Positions 27,579 through 36,866 of a DNA stretch of 64,000 bases are shown piece by piece; the first letter of the stretch is position 1, and each line of letters starts with the position of its first letter. The notes below the pieces were generated by a model. It did not search any database and had not been told where the DNA came from. It saw only the letters and a program-made list of their open reading frames with translations. Source of the DNA: a virus. The DNA is taken from IMG/VR virus record IMGVR_UViG_3300008110_010375. The stretch is one strand, 5' to 3'. A program made the position numbers and the translations under genes.

Positions 27579-27910
27579 TGCTGATGTCGTTGACGGAAGT
27601 AGAATAAACATTCTGGACGCGGGGGCAGTACCCGCCGCCTCCACCACGGATACACTGGTCGTTGGGTGCAACAGTCCTCCTATTATAAAGAGGGTATGGC
27701 GGAAGAGACTAGCATATAACTGTTGCACTGATCAAAGCGGTGTCTCACAGTGTATCTTTGATGGGGGCGAATATTTAGGATCGACAGGTGTAGTAAAGAC
27801 TGGCCCGAGACAAAAGCAACAACGTTAAATGCAAACGATAACAATGCATCTCGTTACGCCCTAGCGGCCTAACATGAGCCCGAGGGGAGCTTGGAAACAG
27901 AATCCCCTCA
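27579..27910 (+). ncRNA. ssrA: Circularly permuted two-piece tmRNA (alphaproteobacterial type)
   Basis: Acceptor piece ends gacgcgggggcagtacccgccgcctccacca (CCA at 27644-27646); coding piece starts GGGGGCG at 27763, giving a 7-bp stem with G3-U70; tag ANDNNASRYALAA* at 27831-27872; closing gagggg...aacagaa...cccctc hairpin; outer ends approximate. Confidence 0.93.
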
Positions 27911-27928
27911 CTTTCTTTTTGGAATCAC

Positions 27929-29251
27929 ATGAAAACATTCTGCCCACTACCTTGGAACGGTGTATCCGTACGGAACAACGGCGACCTTCGAGTCTGCTGC
28001 AACGCGAATTCATACACAAAGAACCAAGGCATCCTTCGAAAGAAGGACGGTAAGCCCTACAACGTAGGACGCGACGACATAGGTGAGTCGCGCAACTCAG
28101 ACGTTCTCAAGGACATCCGCGTCTCGATGCTGCACGGAGAGTGGCACGAGGAGTGCACTAGGTGTAGGCTCGAGGAAGAAGCCGGCATCAAGTCGCGACG
28201 CGAGTATGAGAACGAGATCTGGCCGGACGTCAAGCACGAGGTTCTCAATAAGACCGACGACGACGGGACGATCGACACCGACGACATCAACCTCGACTAC
28301 TTCGACCTTCGCTACGGAAACTTCTGCAACCTCAAGTGCAGGATGTGCGGACCAACCGACTCACATATGTGGTACGGCGACCACGTAGCGACGACTGGAT
28401 ACACGGGATTCACAGACTCACACGGCCGCGTTCAACTCACCAAGAACGCGAAGGGCAAGTGGTCGACGAACGACTACGACTGGTTTCAGGGATCCAACTT
28501 CTACTGGGATCAGTTTGAGAAGCACACGAAGAACGCCACGAAGTTCTACATCGTGGGCGGTGAGCCGCTCATCATCGAGGAGCACATTCAGTCTCTCGAG
28601 CGGCTCATCGCCTCAGGTAGGGCACACGAGGTTGAGATAGAGTACAACACCAACCTGACGAACGTCACCGACAGGATCATCGAGCTCTGGAAGAACTTCA
28701 AAGAAATCAGAATCGGTGCGTCGATCGACGGCTTCGGTGAAGTGTTTGAGTATCAAAGGTTTCCGGCGAACTGGGACCAAGTGTATAAGAACATGCAGAA
28801 GCTCGACTCGACACCGGGACTCAACGTCGTGTCGTGGTTCGCCTTCACCGTGACACCGTTCAACATCCTTCACCTCCCTGAGTTCATGAAGTGGAAGCTG
28901 ACCGACTCCGGACTGAAGAGCTTCAACTCAATAAAGCAGGCGCGAAAGATCGTCAGCCACCACATGTGCCACAGGCCTAAGCACTACAACGTCAAGTGTC
29001 TGCCCGACGACTTCAAGCGCGTAGTCGATAAGAAGTTCGCCGAGTACAAAGACTGGGCTATTCGCAACCAACCCGAGTTTATATCCGCACAGTTCATCAA
29101 GCTCCTCGACGGAGTTTCGAGCTTCATGAACGCCGAGAGCTACCACGACGAGCACTTCGACAAGTTCGTCGACCTGACGAAGAAGCTCGACGAGCTGCGC
29201 GGTCAAAACATTCTAGACGTCGTCCCAGAGTTCAAGGAGTATTTCAAGTGA
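27929..29251 (+). CDS. Twitch-domain radical SAM protein
   Basis: N-terminal CPLPW...VCC...CTRC; CNLKCRMC; VGGEP; YNTN; SIDG. Confidence 0.85.
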   Translation: MKTFCPLPWNGVSVRNNGDLRVCCNANSYTKNQGILRKKDGKPYNVGRDDIGESRNSDVLKDIRVSMLHGEWHEECTRCRLEEEAGIKSRREYENEIWPDVKHEVLNKTDDDGTIDTDDINLDYFDLRYGNFCNLKCRMCGPTDSHMWYGDHVATTGYTGFTDSHGRVQLTKNAKGKWSTNDYDWFQGSNFYWDQFEKHTKNATKFYIVGGEPLIIEEHIQSLERLIASGRAHEVEIEYNTNLTNVTDRIIELWKNFKEIRIGASIDGFGEVFEYQRFPANWDQVYKNMQKLDSTPGLNVVSWFAFTVTPFNILHLPEFMKWKLTDSGLKSFNSIKQARKIVSHHMCHRPKHYNVKCLPDDFKRVVDKKFAEYKDWAIRNQPEFISAQFIKLLDGVSSFMNAESYHDEHFDKFVDLTKKLDELRGQNILDVVPEFKEYFK

Positions 29252-29484
29252 AGATCAACAACCTAAAGGTTCCAATCGAGATGATTCAGGAGATCGAGGT
29301 CATCGTGAAGAAGCGCAACCTTGAGTACATCGACGCTGTGATCTACTACTGTGAGAAGAACAACCTCGAGATCGAGACGATGGCTGAGATCATCAAGCAG
29401 AACTCCGCGATCAAGTCGAAGATCCAGATCGAGGCTGAGAACTTAAAGATGGTGAAGAGGACTTCGGCGCGGCTACCTATATGA
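29248..29484 (+). CDS. gp33: Late promoter transcription coactivator (gp33)
   Basis: YIDAVIYYCEKN...KIQIEAENL; gp33-59-32 synteny. Confidence 0.85.
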   Translation: MKINNLKVPIEMIQEIEVIVKKRNLEYIDAVIYYCEKNNLEIETMAEIIKQNSAIKSKIQIEAENLKMVKRTSARLPI

Positions 29485-30086
29485 CACAGTTTGAAGCCTA
29501 CCAGCTGTACAACGCCCTGCACCTGCACTTCACGCAGGACGGCTACGACTACCATAAGTATCGCGGAAAGACGCGGGTCACGGAGCACTCGCTCGACGTT
29601 CGACCCGATAAGTACATGTTCTACAAGCTGTCGAAGCACGAGGATCCCCTGATCTACCTCGTGTCAAACTTCTCAGAGAACGCCAAGTTCTACTCACGCG
29701 ATATGTTCAGCGTCAACGCCGACCTCAACTACAACGAGTTCCTTCGGCGACAACAATCCTTGACATATCAGTTCGAGTGTGATATAGATAATCTATTGGA
29801 AGACTTCGACAAGAACTTTGAGGTTCCAGACGGAGACTATCCCCACCTTCTCAAGCTGCTCACCCGTAAGAAGATCAGCAAAGAGAGTTTCATAATCATC
29901 CAAGACTGCGTACGCTTCTTCGGTGCATGGAACAAACGGATCACCGACCCGGTGCTCTGGCCTAAGATCGCGATGAACTGCAGGAAGCTACACCCTTTCC
30001 TTAAGTACGATCGAGATAAATACCGTGGGATCTTGCAAAACAAGTTCTCACACACAACGTATACACCGCAACACAACGGAGAATAA
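29481..30086 (+). CDS. gp59: Helicase loader (gp59)
   Basis: AYQLYNALHLHFT...YDYHKYRGK; position before gp32. Confidence 0.85.
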   Translation: MTQFEAYQLYNALHLHFTQDGYDYHKYRGKTRVTEHSLDVRPDKYMFYKLSKHEDPLIYLVSNFSENAKFYSRDMFSVNADLNYNEFLRRQQSLTYQFECDIDNLLEDFDKNFEVPDGDYPHLLKLLTRKKISKESFIIIQDCVRFFGAWNKRITDPVLWPKIAMNCRKLHPFLKYDRDKYRGILQNKFSHTTYTPQHNGE

Positions 30087-30088
30087 AC

Positions 30089-31000
30089 ATGGCAACATCA
30101 TTCGACTCACTCAAACAGAATCGTAAGTCAGCGTTCGATAAACTTACGAGCGAGCTCAACAAGCTCAGCACCAACCAGCAAGACTCATCCGACGACAACT
30201 ATTGGAAGCCCGAGGTCGACAAGGCCGGCAACGGCTACGCGGTCATCCGTTTCCTCCCGCCTCCGCAGGGCGAGGACGTTCCGTTCGTTCGCATCTGGGA
30301 TCACGGCTTTCAGGGCGACGGCGGCTGGTACATCGAGAAGTCGCTGACGACCATCGGTAAGAACGATCCGGTCGGCGAGCTCAACAGCAAGCTCTGGAAC
30401 TCCGGCGTCGAGGCCGACAAGGAGATCGCGCGCAAGCAGAAGCGTCGCCTCGCTTATCACTCGAACATCTACGTCGTCAAGGATTCTGCGAATCCAGCGA
30501 ACGAGGGCAAGGTGTTCCTGTATAAGTACGGCAAGAAGATCTTCGATAAGATCAACGAAGCCATGCACCCTCAGTTCGAGGGCGAAGTGGCGATCAATCC
30601 GTTCGATCTTTGGGAAGGCGCGAACTTCAAGCTGAAGATTCGCAACGTCGAGGGCTACCGCAACTACGACAAGTCTGAGTTCGACGATCCGGCCCCGCTC
30701 CTCAGCGACGACGATAAGCTCGAAGCTATTTGGAAGTCGGAACACTCGCTCAGCGAACTCATCGATCCTAAGAACTTCAAGTCCTACGACGAACTGAAGG
30801 CGCGCTTGTCGCGCGCACTCGGCGTCGGTGTCGAAGCCGCACGTGCATCTGCACCTAAGATCGACGAGGACGAGGCGTTCCCGGTGCCGCAGAAAGCTGC
30901 AGCGGCACCTAAGGTTGAGTCGGCCGCACCTTCGTGGAATAGCTCCACGGATGACGACGACGATGACCTCAGCTTCTTTAAGAAGATGGCGAACGACTAA
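30089..31000 (+). CDS. gp32: Single-stranded DNA-binding protein (gp32)
   Basis: GNGYAVIRFLP, HGFQG, NPFDLWEGANFKLK, YRNYDKSEF, acidic tail. Confidence 0.95.
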   Translation: MATSFDSLKQNRKSAFDKLTSELNKLSTNQQDSSDDNYWKPEVDKAGNGYAVIRFLPPPQGEDVPFVRIWDHGFQGDGGWYIEKSLTTIGKNDPVGELNSKLWNSGVEADKEIARKQKRRLAYHSNIYVVKDSANPANEGKVFLYKYGKKIFDKINEAMHPQFEGEVAINPFDLWEGANFKLKIRNVEGYRNYDKSEFDDPAPLLSDDDKLEAIWKSEHSLSELIDPKNFKSYDELKARLSRALGVGVEAARASAPKIDEDEAFPVPQKAAAAPKVESAAPSWNSSTDDDDDDLSFFKKMAND

Positions 31001-32730
31001 TAGTAGTACATATTGTCGCCGTACAGTGGTTTATCCCACGGATTGCTCGGCGCGGTAGATGAGTTAGGGAAGCCGGGAGCGGAACCACCGCCTCCGGCTT
31101 TACTGTTATCTGCGTTGTTGATGACTCGGTTGTCGTTGATGATCGTGGATCCGGATTGATTGCTTTGGATCGAAGGAGCGGTACGCGTCGAGGGAGTCAC
31201 CCTAGACATGATGTCTTCTTCAAGCTGTCTCGCTTGAGACATTCCTGGTGACCGTGCTGGTGAAACTCCTGTATAATCTCCAATTTCTTCCAACTGCATC
31301 GTATCAGGATTATACCTAGTTCTTTTCTTACCATCTGCAAACTTTACACCGGCATTATCTTCAACTGTCTGCATCTGTTCATTGGCTGTTCTGCCTTCAC
31401 GAACTTCTTGATTTGATTTAACTTGAAACGCGTTAGAAAGATCTTTCCACACTTCTGCTAAGTACTCGTTTACAGCTTCTTGTATTTCATCGGATGAAAC
31501 GTCTTTAAGCTCTTCGATACCTAAAGCGTCACGCCTGATGTCGTTGACGAGTTGACCGGTGCCAAGTGCGCTTGACATAGCAGCTAGAGGTCCAGCTGCA
31601 GTGGCTCCTGCCGGAGTCGCTTCGGCTATCGATATCGCCGCCTGTGCCGCGTCGATAAACGCACCCATGTAATCGCCTCTTGTCAATCTTCCAATGCTGC
31701 TAGCGCCAGCGACGAAAGCACCGAGTAGAGGAACCTGTTTTGACACGAGTCCAACGGCGCCGCCTACAGACTTTTCAACAGTTTTAGAAACTAATCCCTT
31801 TAGCTTCTCTTTCCTTGAAGCTTTGGGCGCGACCAACGGCGCGGAGGTTGCACCGGTCTTAGCTCCGGCTCTTGCACCGGCCGCGTTGCTAGCTAGAGTC
31901 TTTCTCGCTTGATTCTTGGTGGCTTCATCGTAAGCTGACATCCTTCGGCGATTATCTTCCTCGCTCGCTTCAGGTCCTTCACCTGCGAAAGCTGATTTAG
32001 CTTCAGCGGCTCTCGCCTGTATTGCTTTCCGTTGAGCGTTCCTACGCTTCTGCTCAGCTATGTCTTCCTCGGTGCCGAGGAATGAGATCTTCTTTCCACC
32101 CTTGGTGTACTCAGGCGTGTTGACCCCTAGAGCGTTTAAGATCTTTATAAGCGTCGATGAGACTTCCTTGTTGCTGGCGAAGAACTCACCGGCCGTGGCA
32201 GCGAAGTTTAAGAACGGATCTAAGTAGGGCTTGATCGTGTTCGTATAGAATTCTTTGAGCGCAGGGATGATCTTATCGATCGTGCCTGCCAGCAAAGCTG
32301 CGAGGCCGCCTAGCGCTCCAAGCTCAGTTAAGTCGAGACCACGACCCCTGCCTTCAGCCTTTGTGCCGTCTTTAGCTTTGACTGGAATCTCGATAGCCCG
32401 TCTACCGCGCTCCTTCTCCTGCTCTTGAGAGATGAGCATGCGCTCGATTAGCTCGTTGTTGCTCTCAAAAACTTTTGAGATCGACTGGATGAATCCGGAG
32501 AGAAGGCTGTTCGTCTTCTTGACTTCGTTGAGGACCTTGTTCTGGGTCTTATCGAGCTCACCTACGGTCTCACCCTCGGCGACGGCAGCGGGCCTGTTGA
32601 TGAACTGAGGCGCGACTGCCTCAGCGAGCATCGCCTTCGTCTCCTGCAGACGGGCCGACCTTTCCTCCTCAGGGATCTTCTCCATCCCCTTGATGATCTC
32701 GCTGAGATCCTTGATCTTAACCTGAGCCAT
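30997..32730 (-). CDS. Putative tape measure / baseplate hub protein (gp29-like)
   Basis: 577 aa helical Ala/Gly-rich, hydrophobic segments, Asn-rich C-terminus; downstream of gp26/gp51. Confidence 0.6.
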   Translation of the reverse strand: MAQVKIKDLSEIIKGMEKIPEEERSARLQETKAMLAEAVAPQFINRPAAVAEGETVGELDKTQNKVLNEVKKTNSLLSGFIQSISKVFESNNELIERMLISQEQEKERGRRAIEIPVKAKDGTKAEGRGRGLDLTELGALGGLAALLAGTIDKIIPALKEFYTNTIKPYLDPFLNFAATAGEFFASNKEVSSTLIKILNALGVNTPEYTKGGKKISFLGTEEDIAEQKRRNAQRKAIQARAAEAKSAFAGEGPEASEEDNRRRMSAYDEATKNQARKTLASNAAGARAGAKTGATSAPLVAPKASRKEKLKGLVSKTVEKSVGGAVGLVSKQVPLLGAFVAGASSIGRLTRGDYMGAFIDAAQAAISIAEATPAGATAAGPLAAMSSALGTGQLVNDIRRDALGIEELKDVSSDEIQEAVNEYLAEVWKDLSNAFQVKSNQEVREGRTANEQMQTVEDNAGVKFADGKKRTRYNPDTMQLEEIGDYTGVSPARSPGMSQARQLEEDIMSRVTPSTRTAPSIQSNQSGSTIINDNRVINNADNSKAGGGGSAPGFPNSSTAPSNPWDKPLYGDNMYYY

Positions 32731-32890
32731 TCTTCTTGTTCTGCTCGTCTATGTGCTGCGCGATCATGGTCAAGTATAGGTCGCGCTCGTAGGGATACAT
32801 CTCGTTCAGTTCTGTCACTGAGTATTTATGGTGAAACGTCATCGCGAAGTGGGTTTGATAGTAGACCGCGATACTGGAGTATCCGGTCAA
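32717..32890 (-). CDS. gp51: Baseplate hub assembly protein (gp51-like), not in ORF track
   Basis: YYQTHFAMTFHHKYSVTELNEMYPYERDLYL; lies in the -1 frame overlapping the end of gp26. Confidence 0.8.
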   Translation of the reverse strand: MTGYSSIAVYYQTHFAMTFHHKYSVTELNEMYPYERDLYLTMIAQHIDEQNKKNGSG

Positions 32891-33612
32891 TAGGTAAAAA
32901 AATCCTTCATACCCCTCAGCTCGACTTTGACCTTTTCGCCACCCACGTCGAGCTCGACTTCATGTTGGACGGCAGGCATAGTTGCAAAGAAGTTCTGGAT
33001 CTTAGTCAAGTCCTCGACCCTGAGTGAGTTCAAGAAGTCGGTGATCTCGTCTTTGGTGAATTCTTTGTAGACCTTGTCGTCGTCGAATATGTACTCTATC
33101 GAGCCGACGATCAGGTTGAAGATCGAGTCGTTGACTATCGCCGCGTCGAAGTTGTTCAGACGAACGTCGAACTCCATGGTCATCATGGTCTCAAGGTCTG
33201 GGTACTTCATCTTGATGCCCAAAGCCTCGTTGATCATGATCTTATCGGTGTGGTCAGGATTGAACTTGACCTTGACCTCATCGAGATCGACGTTGAACGC
33301 GACCTTCTTTTCATTGTGTGTATAGAACAGCTCGACGACGTTGCTGATCGACACCTTGCGGATGTTGATGAATATGTACTCGATGTCGAAGATCGCCAGC
33401 TTATCGACGTCGATGCTGTCGATGACGCAGTTGTTTATGACCTGCTTGACCGCGTCGATGACTTCCTTGAGGTCGTCCGACATCTTCACGACGAGGAGGA
33501 GCTTCTCCTCCTGCACGGTGAAGGGCCTATAGCTTATAGTCTTCCCAGTCGAGGGAACCACCAGCTTGAAGAGCGGGTGCTTGATCTTTGGCAGAGCCAT
33601 CTTATACTCCAT
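32887..33612 (-). CDS. gp26: Baseplate hub subunit / assembly chaperone (gp26)
   Basis: MALPKI, PSTGKTISYRPFTVQEEKLLL, FDIEYIF, MKYP, FFATMP, GMKDFF. Confidence 0.88.
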   Translation of the reverse strand: MEYKMALPKIKHPLFKLVVPSTGKTISYRPFTVQEEKLLLVVKMSDDLKEVIDAVKQVINNCVIDSIDVDKLAIFDIEYIFINIRKVSISNVVELFYTHNEKKVAFNVDLDEVKVKFNPDHTDKIMINEALGIKMKYPDLETMMTMEFDVRLNNFDAAIVNDSIFNLIVGSIEYIFDDDKVYKEFTKDEITDFLNSLRVEDLTKIQNFFATMPAVQHEVELDVGGEKVKVELRGMKDFFTY

Positions 33613-34364
33613 TATCTAAGGGATGTAGCGAACGCGTTCACTCCACTGATGAGCGCGAGGGGACTCTTGCGCCCGTTCTGTAGTAGGTTTAGGCCGAAGG
33701 CGAAGGCGCCTCCGTAGTTGAATCTTTGGGAAGCGTAGTAGGCGTTCATCGCCCTCTCGGCTTCGAGCGAGTCCATCTCAGTCGCGGGTATTCCCTCGCT
33801 GTCCCACGTCTTATAGGCGAAGGTCACCGGCAAGCGGGCGATCGTATCGTTCATCTCCCAACCCACCGGCACCGAGCCGATCTGCATCGGGAAGGCGCGA
33901 TCTAAGCTGTACTTGATTATCTGATCGGCGCTTGGGTTCAAGAAGTAGATGTCGATGGACGGCGACTCATAGGTCTCAGGGTACGCGAATTCACCGTACT
34001 TCAACGACGAGCCGCGCTGAACGCCGGTCGTGTCGACGCTGAAGTTGTGAATGAGGGTGGACCACTTATGAAAGTAGTCGATGACTTTGGCGTCGTTGTC
34101 GACCATGAACGTCAGGGTGACTTCGTTGAAGTTGATGTCCGTCGGCCTGTTCTCGTGCACCCCGTATCCGCCGAGCTTGACGGGCGTCGTGCTGTACACA
34201 AGTCCCGGAAGGACCGCGTCGCTGCAAAAGAACGGAACTTGACCGGTGTAGCTCGCGTAGAGTAGGTTCTTGGGAGGCGTGATCTGTACGTAGAACAGGT
34301 TCTGCTTGGCGACGCCGCCGGTCTTATTGAGTGCCGAAGTTATGTCTGTGATGTTGAATGCCAT
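33612..34364 (-). CDS. Baseplate-tail tube initiator (gp54-like, tail tube fold)
   Basis: GGVAKQNLF, LPG, TFMVD, AFP...V.WE, VTFAY. Confidence 0.7.
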   Translation of the reverse strand: MAFNITDITSALNKTGGVAKQNLFYVQITPPKNLLYASYTGQVPFFCSDAVLPGLVYSTTPVKLGGYGVHENRPTDINFNEVTLTFMVDNDAKVIDYFHKWSTLIHNFSVDTTGVQRGSSLKYGEFAYPETYESPSIDIYFLNPSADQIIKYSLDRAFPMQIGSVPVGWEMNDTIARLPVTFAYKTWDSEGIPATEMDSLEAERAMNAYYASQRFNYGGAFAFGLNLLQNGRKSPLALISGVNAFATSLR

Positions 34365-34954
34365 CAGGACCTTCTTACAGTTGCGTTCGAGTCTCTATAG
34401 ACGCTCGCCTTGTTCACTGTGAACCTCTCGAGCGGGAGGAACAAAGCGATGTCCCACTCGTTGGATGGTATAAGGAGGAACCTCGTCCTGAGCTGGGTGT
34501 ACAGGTACCTCTTGATGCACGGTTTGAAGTATTTATACCTTGAAGCTGAGTTGAGTATGTCGTAGGACATCCTCAGCTTCGTCCTGTCGTCGAAGTTCTG
34601 GTTCGAAGCTAGGTTGTATAAAGCGTCCATCAGGCGCGCCCGCAGCAGGTGCGGGAGGTAGTGCATGTTTATGCCGGTGAAGCCATCGGGATGCATGGTG
34701 AAGGGGAACACCAGCGGGTACCTATCGTAGTACGGCAGGTCGTCCTTGAACTTAGGGTCATAGCTGAAGAGATACATGTATCCCGGAGCGACCGCGGCGC
34801 GCTGCATGGCGGGATTGCTGTTGATCAGTCTCGTCAAGTTGACGTTTGAGACCTCGCGCGCCTTCTCACGAAACCAGTCGCGCGAGTCGGCGAAGCCGGC
34901 GCGCATGAAGTTCTGTCTGCCTTGGTTGAGTATGTCGGTGAATACCGGCATCAC
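34364..34954 (-). CDS. gp2: DNA end protector (gp2)
   Basis: YDPKFKDDLPYYDRYPL, GINMHYLP, PCIKRYL. Confidence 0.9.
   Translation of the reverse strand: MMPVFTDILNQGRQNFMRAGFADSRDWFREKAREVSNVNLTRLINSNPAMQRAAVAPGYMYLFSYDPKFKDDLPYYDRYPLVFPFTMHPDGFTGINMHYLPHLLRARLMDALYNLASNQNFDDRTKLRMSYDILNSASRYKYFKPCIKRYLYTQLRTRFLLIPSNEWDIALFLPLERFTVNKASVYRDSNATVRRS
34530..34537 (-). promoter_or_regulatory. Late promoter TATAAATA (minus strand)
   Basis: tatttata on the + strand, upstream of the gp54-like gene. Confidence 0.5.
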
Positions 34955-35388
34955 TTGACTCCGATCTCTTTCTCAGTCATTATCTTAAACTTCCAGTTCC
35001 TATCTCTACAGAACTCGCTGGCCGCCTTCCACTTGGCTTGGTTGACGCCGTACTGAAACACTTCCTTCAAGTACCTGCGCGGGTGCGCGGGATTCTTCTT
35101 AGGCTCGATGGTTTGACTGTACGGCTTGACCTCGATCATAAGCGTTGAGGTGTCTCCGCCGGTCTCACGCATCTTCACGATGAAGTCTGGGTAGTACCTG
35201 TGAATCCTGTTGTCGACCGGCGATACGTATGGAATCGCGAGCTCCTCCGATCCCCACTTCAATACGTTAGGGTGTTGGTCGAAGTACCTCATCAGCCTCA
35301 GCTCCCATAGGCTCCTGTAGATGATGTTGGTCGGGTCACCGGCGTATTTCTCAGGGTACTTAGGCCTGAATCTTCCCTTGTAGGACAT
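34951..35388 (-). CDS. gp4: Head completion nuclease (gp4)
   Basis: KYAGDPTNIIYRSLWE, WGSEE, HRYYPDF, IEVKP, NQAKW. Confidence 0.92.
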   Translation of the reverse strand: MSYKGRFRPKYPEKYAGDPTNIIYRSLWELRLMRYFDQHPNVLKWGSEELAIPYVSPVDNRIHRYYPDFIVKMRETGGDTSTLMIEVKPYSQTIEPKKNPAHPRRYLKEVFQYGVNQAKWKAASEFCRDRNWKFKIMTEKEIGVK

Positions 35389-35398
35389 AAGAAATCTC

Positions 35399-35406
35399 TA
35401 TAAATA
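35399..35406 (+). promoter_or_regulatory. Late promoter TATAAATA
   Basis: In the divergent gp4/gp48 gap. Confidence 0.75.
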
Positions 35407-35432
35407 TCATAGAACTATTTATAGAGGGTTTC

Positions 35433-36308
35433 ATGCCAGACGATTCAACGACAGCATCGGGCTCGGTCGTCATCTCGAGCACAGCTTCGCACAAGTACAA
35501 GACAAGGATTGAGTCGTTCGAGTACAGGCGCGAGCGTCCCGGAAAGGCGAACCCTGAAGTTCGCAACCAAAACATCGTGTTCTTTCCGCTTCCCCTTCAG
35601 ATGCCTGAGGATCACTACGGCGCGAACGTCAAGGACTTCGACCTAGCTGAGATAGGCACGACGATCGATACATTCAGGGACTTCAGCGGATCGACCCTCT
35701 CCGAGAAGATCGGCGCGGTTGCTTTGACCGGTGGTCTTGCGGCAGCCGCGCTGTCTAAGCTCACTGGATTCGCCAAAGCCGCCACCGACAACATAGTCGT
35801 AGGCGGAGGCGCCGCTGCTGCCGCCGCTCTTCCATTCCTTGGAGCGTACCAAGGCGTTGCTAGGAACCCACACACCGCTTTGCTCTTCGACGGCATGAGC
35901 CTCAGGCAGTTCAGCTTTACGTTTAGGATAGCGCCGCGCAACGAAGCTGAGAGCATACAGCTCAACAACACGATTCGCATGCTTAAGCTGCGCATGCACC
36001 CATCCTACAACAGCACGCTGAATTCATACGCGCTCGACTACCCGTTCCTATTCACCGTGTCGTTCCAAGGCTTTGAGAACATCGAGGGTGTGCCCAACGT
36101 CGCCCCGTCGTTCATGACCAACCTATCCGTCAACAACGCAAGTCAAGGAAACGTGTTCTTCAAGAACGGTATGCCGGCGATCGTTGACGTCAGGATGGAC
36201 TTCAAGGAGATCGACATGAAGACGCGTGAGTTCTTCACCGGTGCTGGTCCAAACACGACCGGCAACGAGCTCGGTCGAGAGGGAAATCCTGGGGCTAGGG
36301 AACGATAA
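35433..36308 (+). CDS. gp48: Baseplate tail tube cap (gp48)
   Basis: NPHTALLFDGMSLRQFSFTF..APRN, YP, FKE. Confidence 0.82.
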   Translation: MPDDSTTASGSVVISSTASHKYKTRIESFEYRRERPGKANPEVRNQNIVFFPLPLQMPEDHYGANVKDFDLAEIGTTIDTFRDFSGSTLSEKIGAVALTGGLAAAALSKLTGFAKAATDNIVVGGGAAAAAALPFLGAYQGVARNPHTALLFDGMSLRQFSFTFRIAPRNEAESIQLNNTIRMLKLRMHPSYNSTLNSYALDYPFLFTVSFQGFENIEGVPNVAPSFMTNLSVNNASQGNVFFKNGMPAIVDVRMDFKEIDMKTREFFTGAGPNTTGNELGREGNPGARER

Positions 36309-36311
36309 TCG

Positions 36312-36866
36312 ATGGCTTACTTCAACAACTTCCCTAAGATAACCTACAACGACTCGACCATCAGGAACATCCTCCTTAAGTCGGCGCTCGTGGCTGAAGT
36401 CTTTGAGAACCAAGACTCGTTCTACCCGTACATCGTCAAGGACGGATATCGTCCGGACCTCGTGGCCAACGAGTTCTACGGAGACTCAAGGTACGACTGG
36501 GTGGTGTACTTCAGCAACAAGATCGTCGATCCATACTACGAGTGGCCCCTGAGCGTCAACGACTTCAACTCATTCCTTGAGAAGAAGTACAACACGACGA
36601 TATACAGCCTTCAGAACACCACCTCACACTATGAGTACACAGGCACGACAGGCGAATTGGCCGAGGACATCGCGAGAAAGTCTTGGAAGATGTCGACCGC
36701 CACGCACGCGAAGAAGACGACGTACGGTGAGAGCACCGCGGGCTGGACCGCCGTGAGCGTATACGACTACGAAGACAGGCTGAACGAGGAGAGGCGATCG
36801 ATAAAGCTTCTCGCGCCGGCTTACCTGAATCAGATTGAAAAAGAACTCGCGACGATCTTTTCATGA
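36312..36866 (+). CDS. gp53: Baseplate wedge subunit (gp53)
   Basis: YFNNFPKI, RPDLVA..YGD, DPYYEWP, NEERRSIKL. Confidence 0.88.
   Translation: MAYFNNFPKITYNDSTIRNILLKSALVAEVFENQDSFYPYIVKDGYRPDLVANEFYGDSRYDWVVYFSNKIVDPYYEWPLSVNDFNSFLEKKYNTTIYSLQNTTSHYEYTGTTGELAEDIARKSWKMSTATHAKKTTYGESTAGWTAVSVYDYEDRLNEERRSIKLLAPAYLNQIEKELATIFS

Noticed and set aside
27616-27646. tRNA-like T-arm and CCA as a tRNA-Ala gene or att site
   Set aside because: No anticodon arm; the pairing partner and tag frame lie downstream, so it is the tmRNA acceptor piece
27544-27828. 94-aa ORF in the ORF track
   Set aside because: It starts at the TTG of the -35 box and overlies the tmRNA; a shadow ORF
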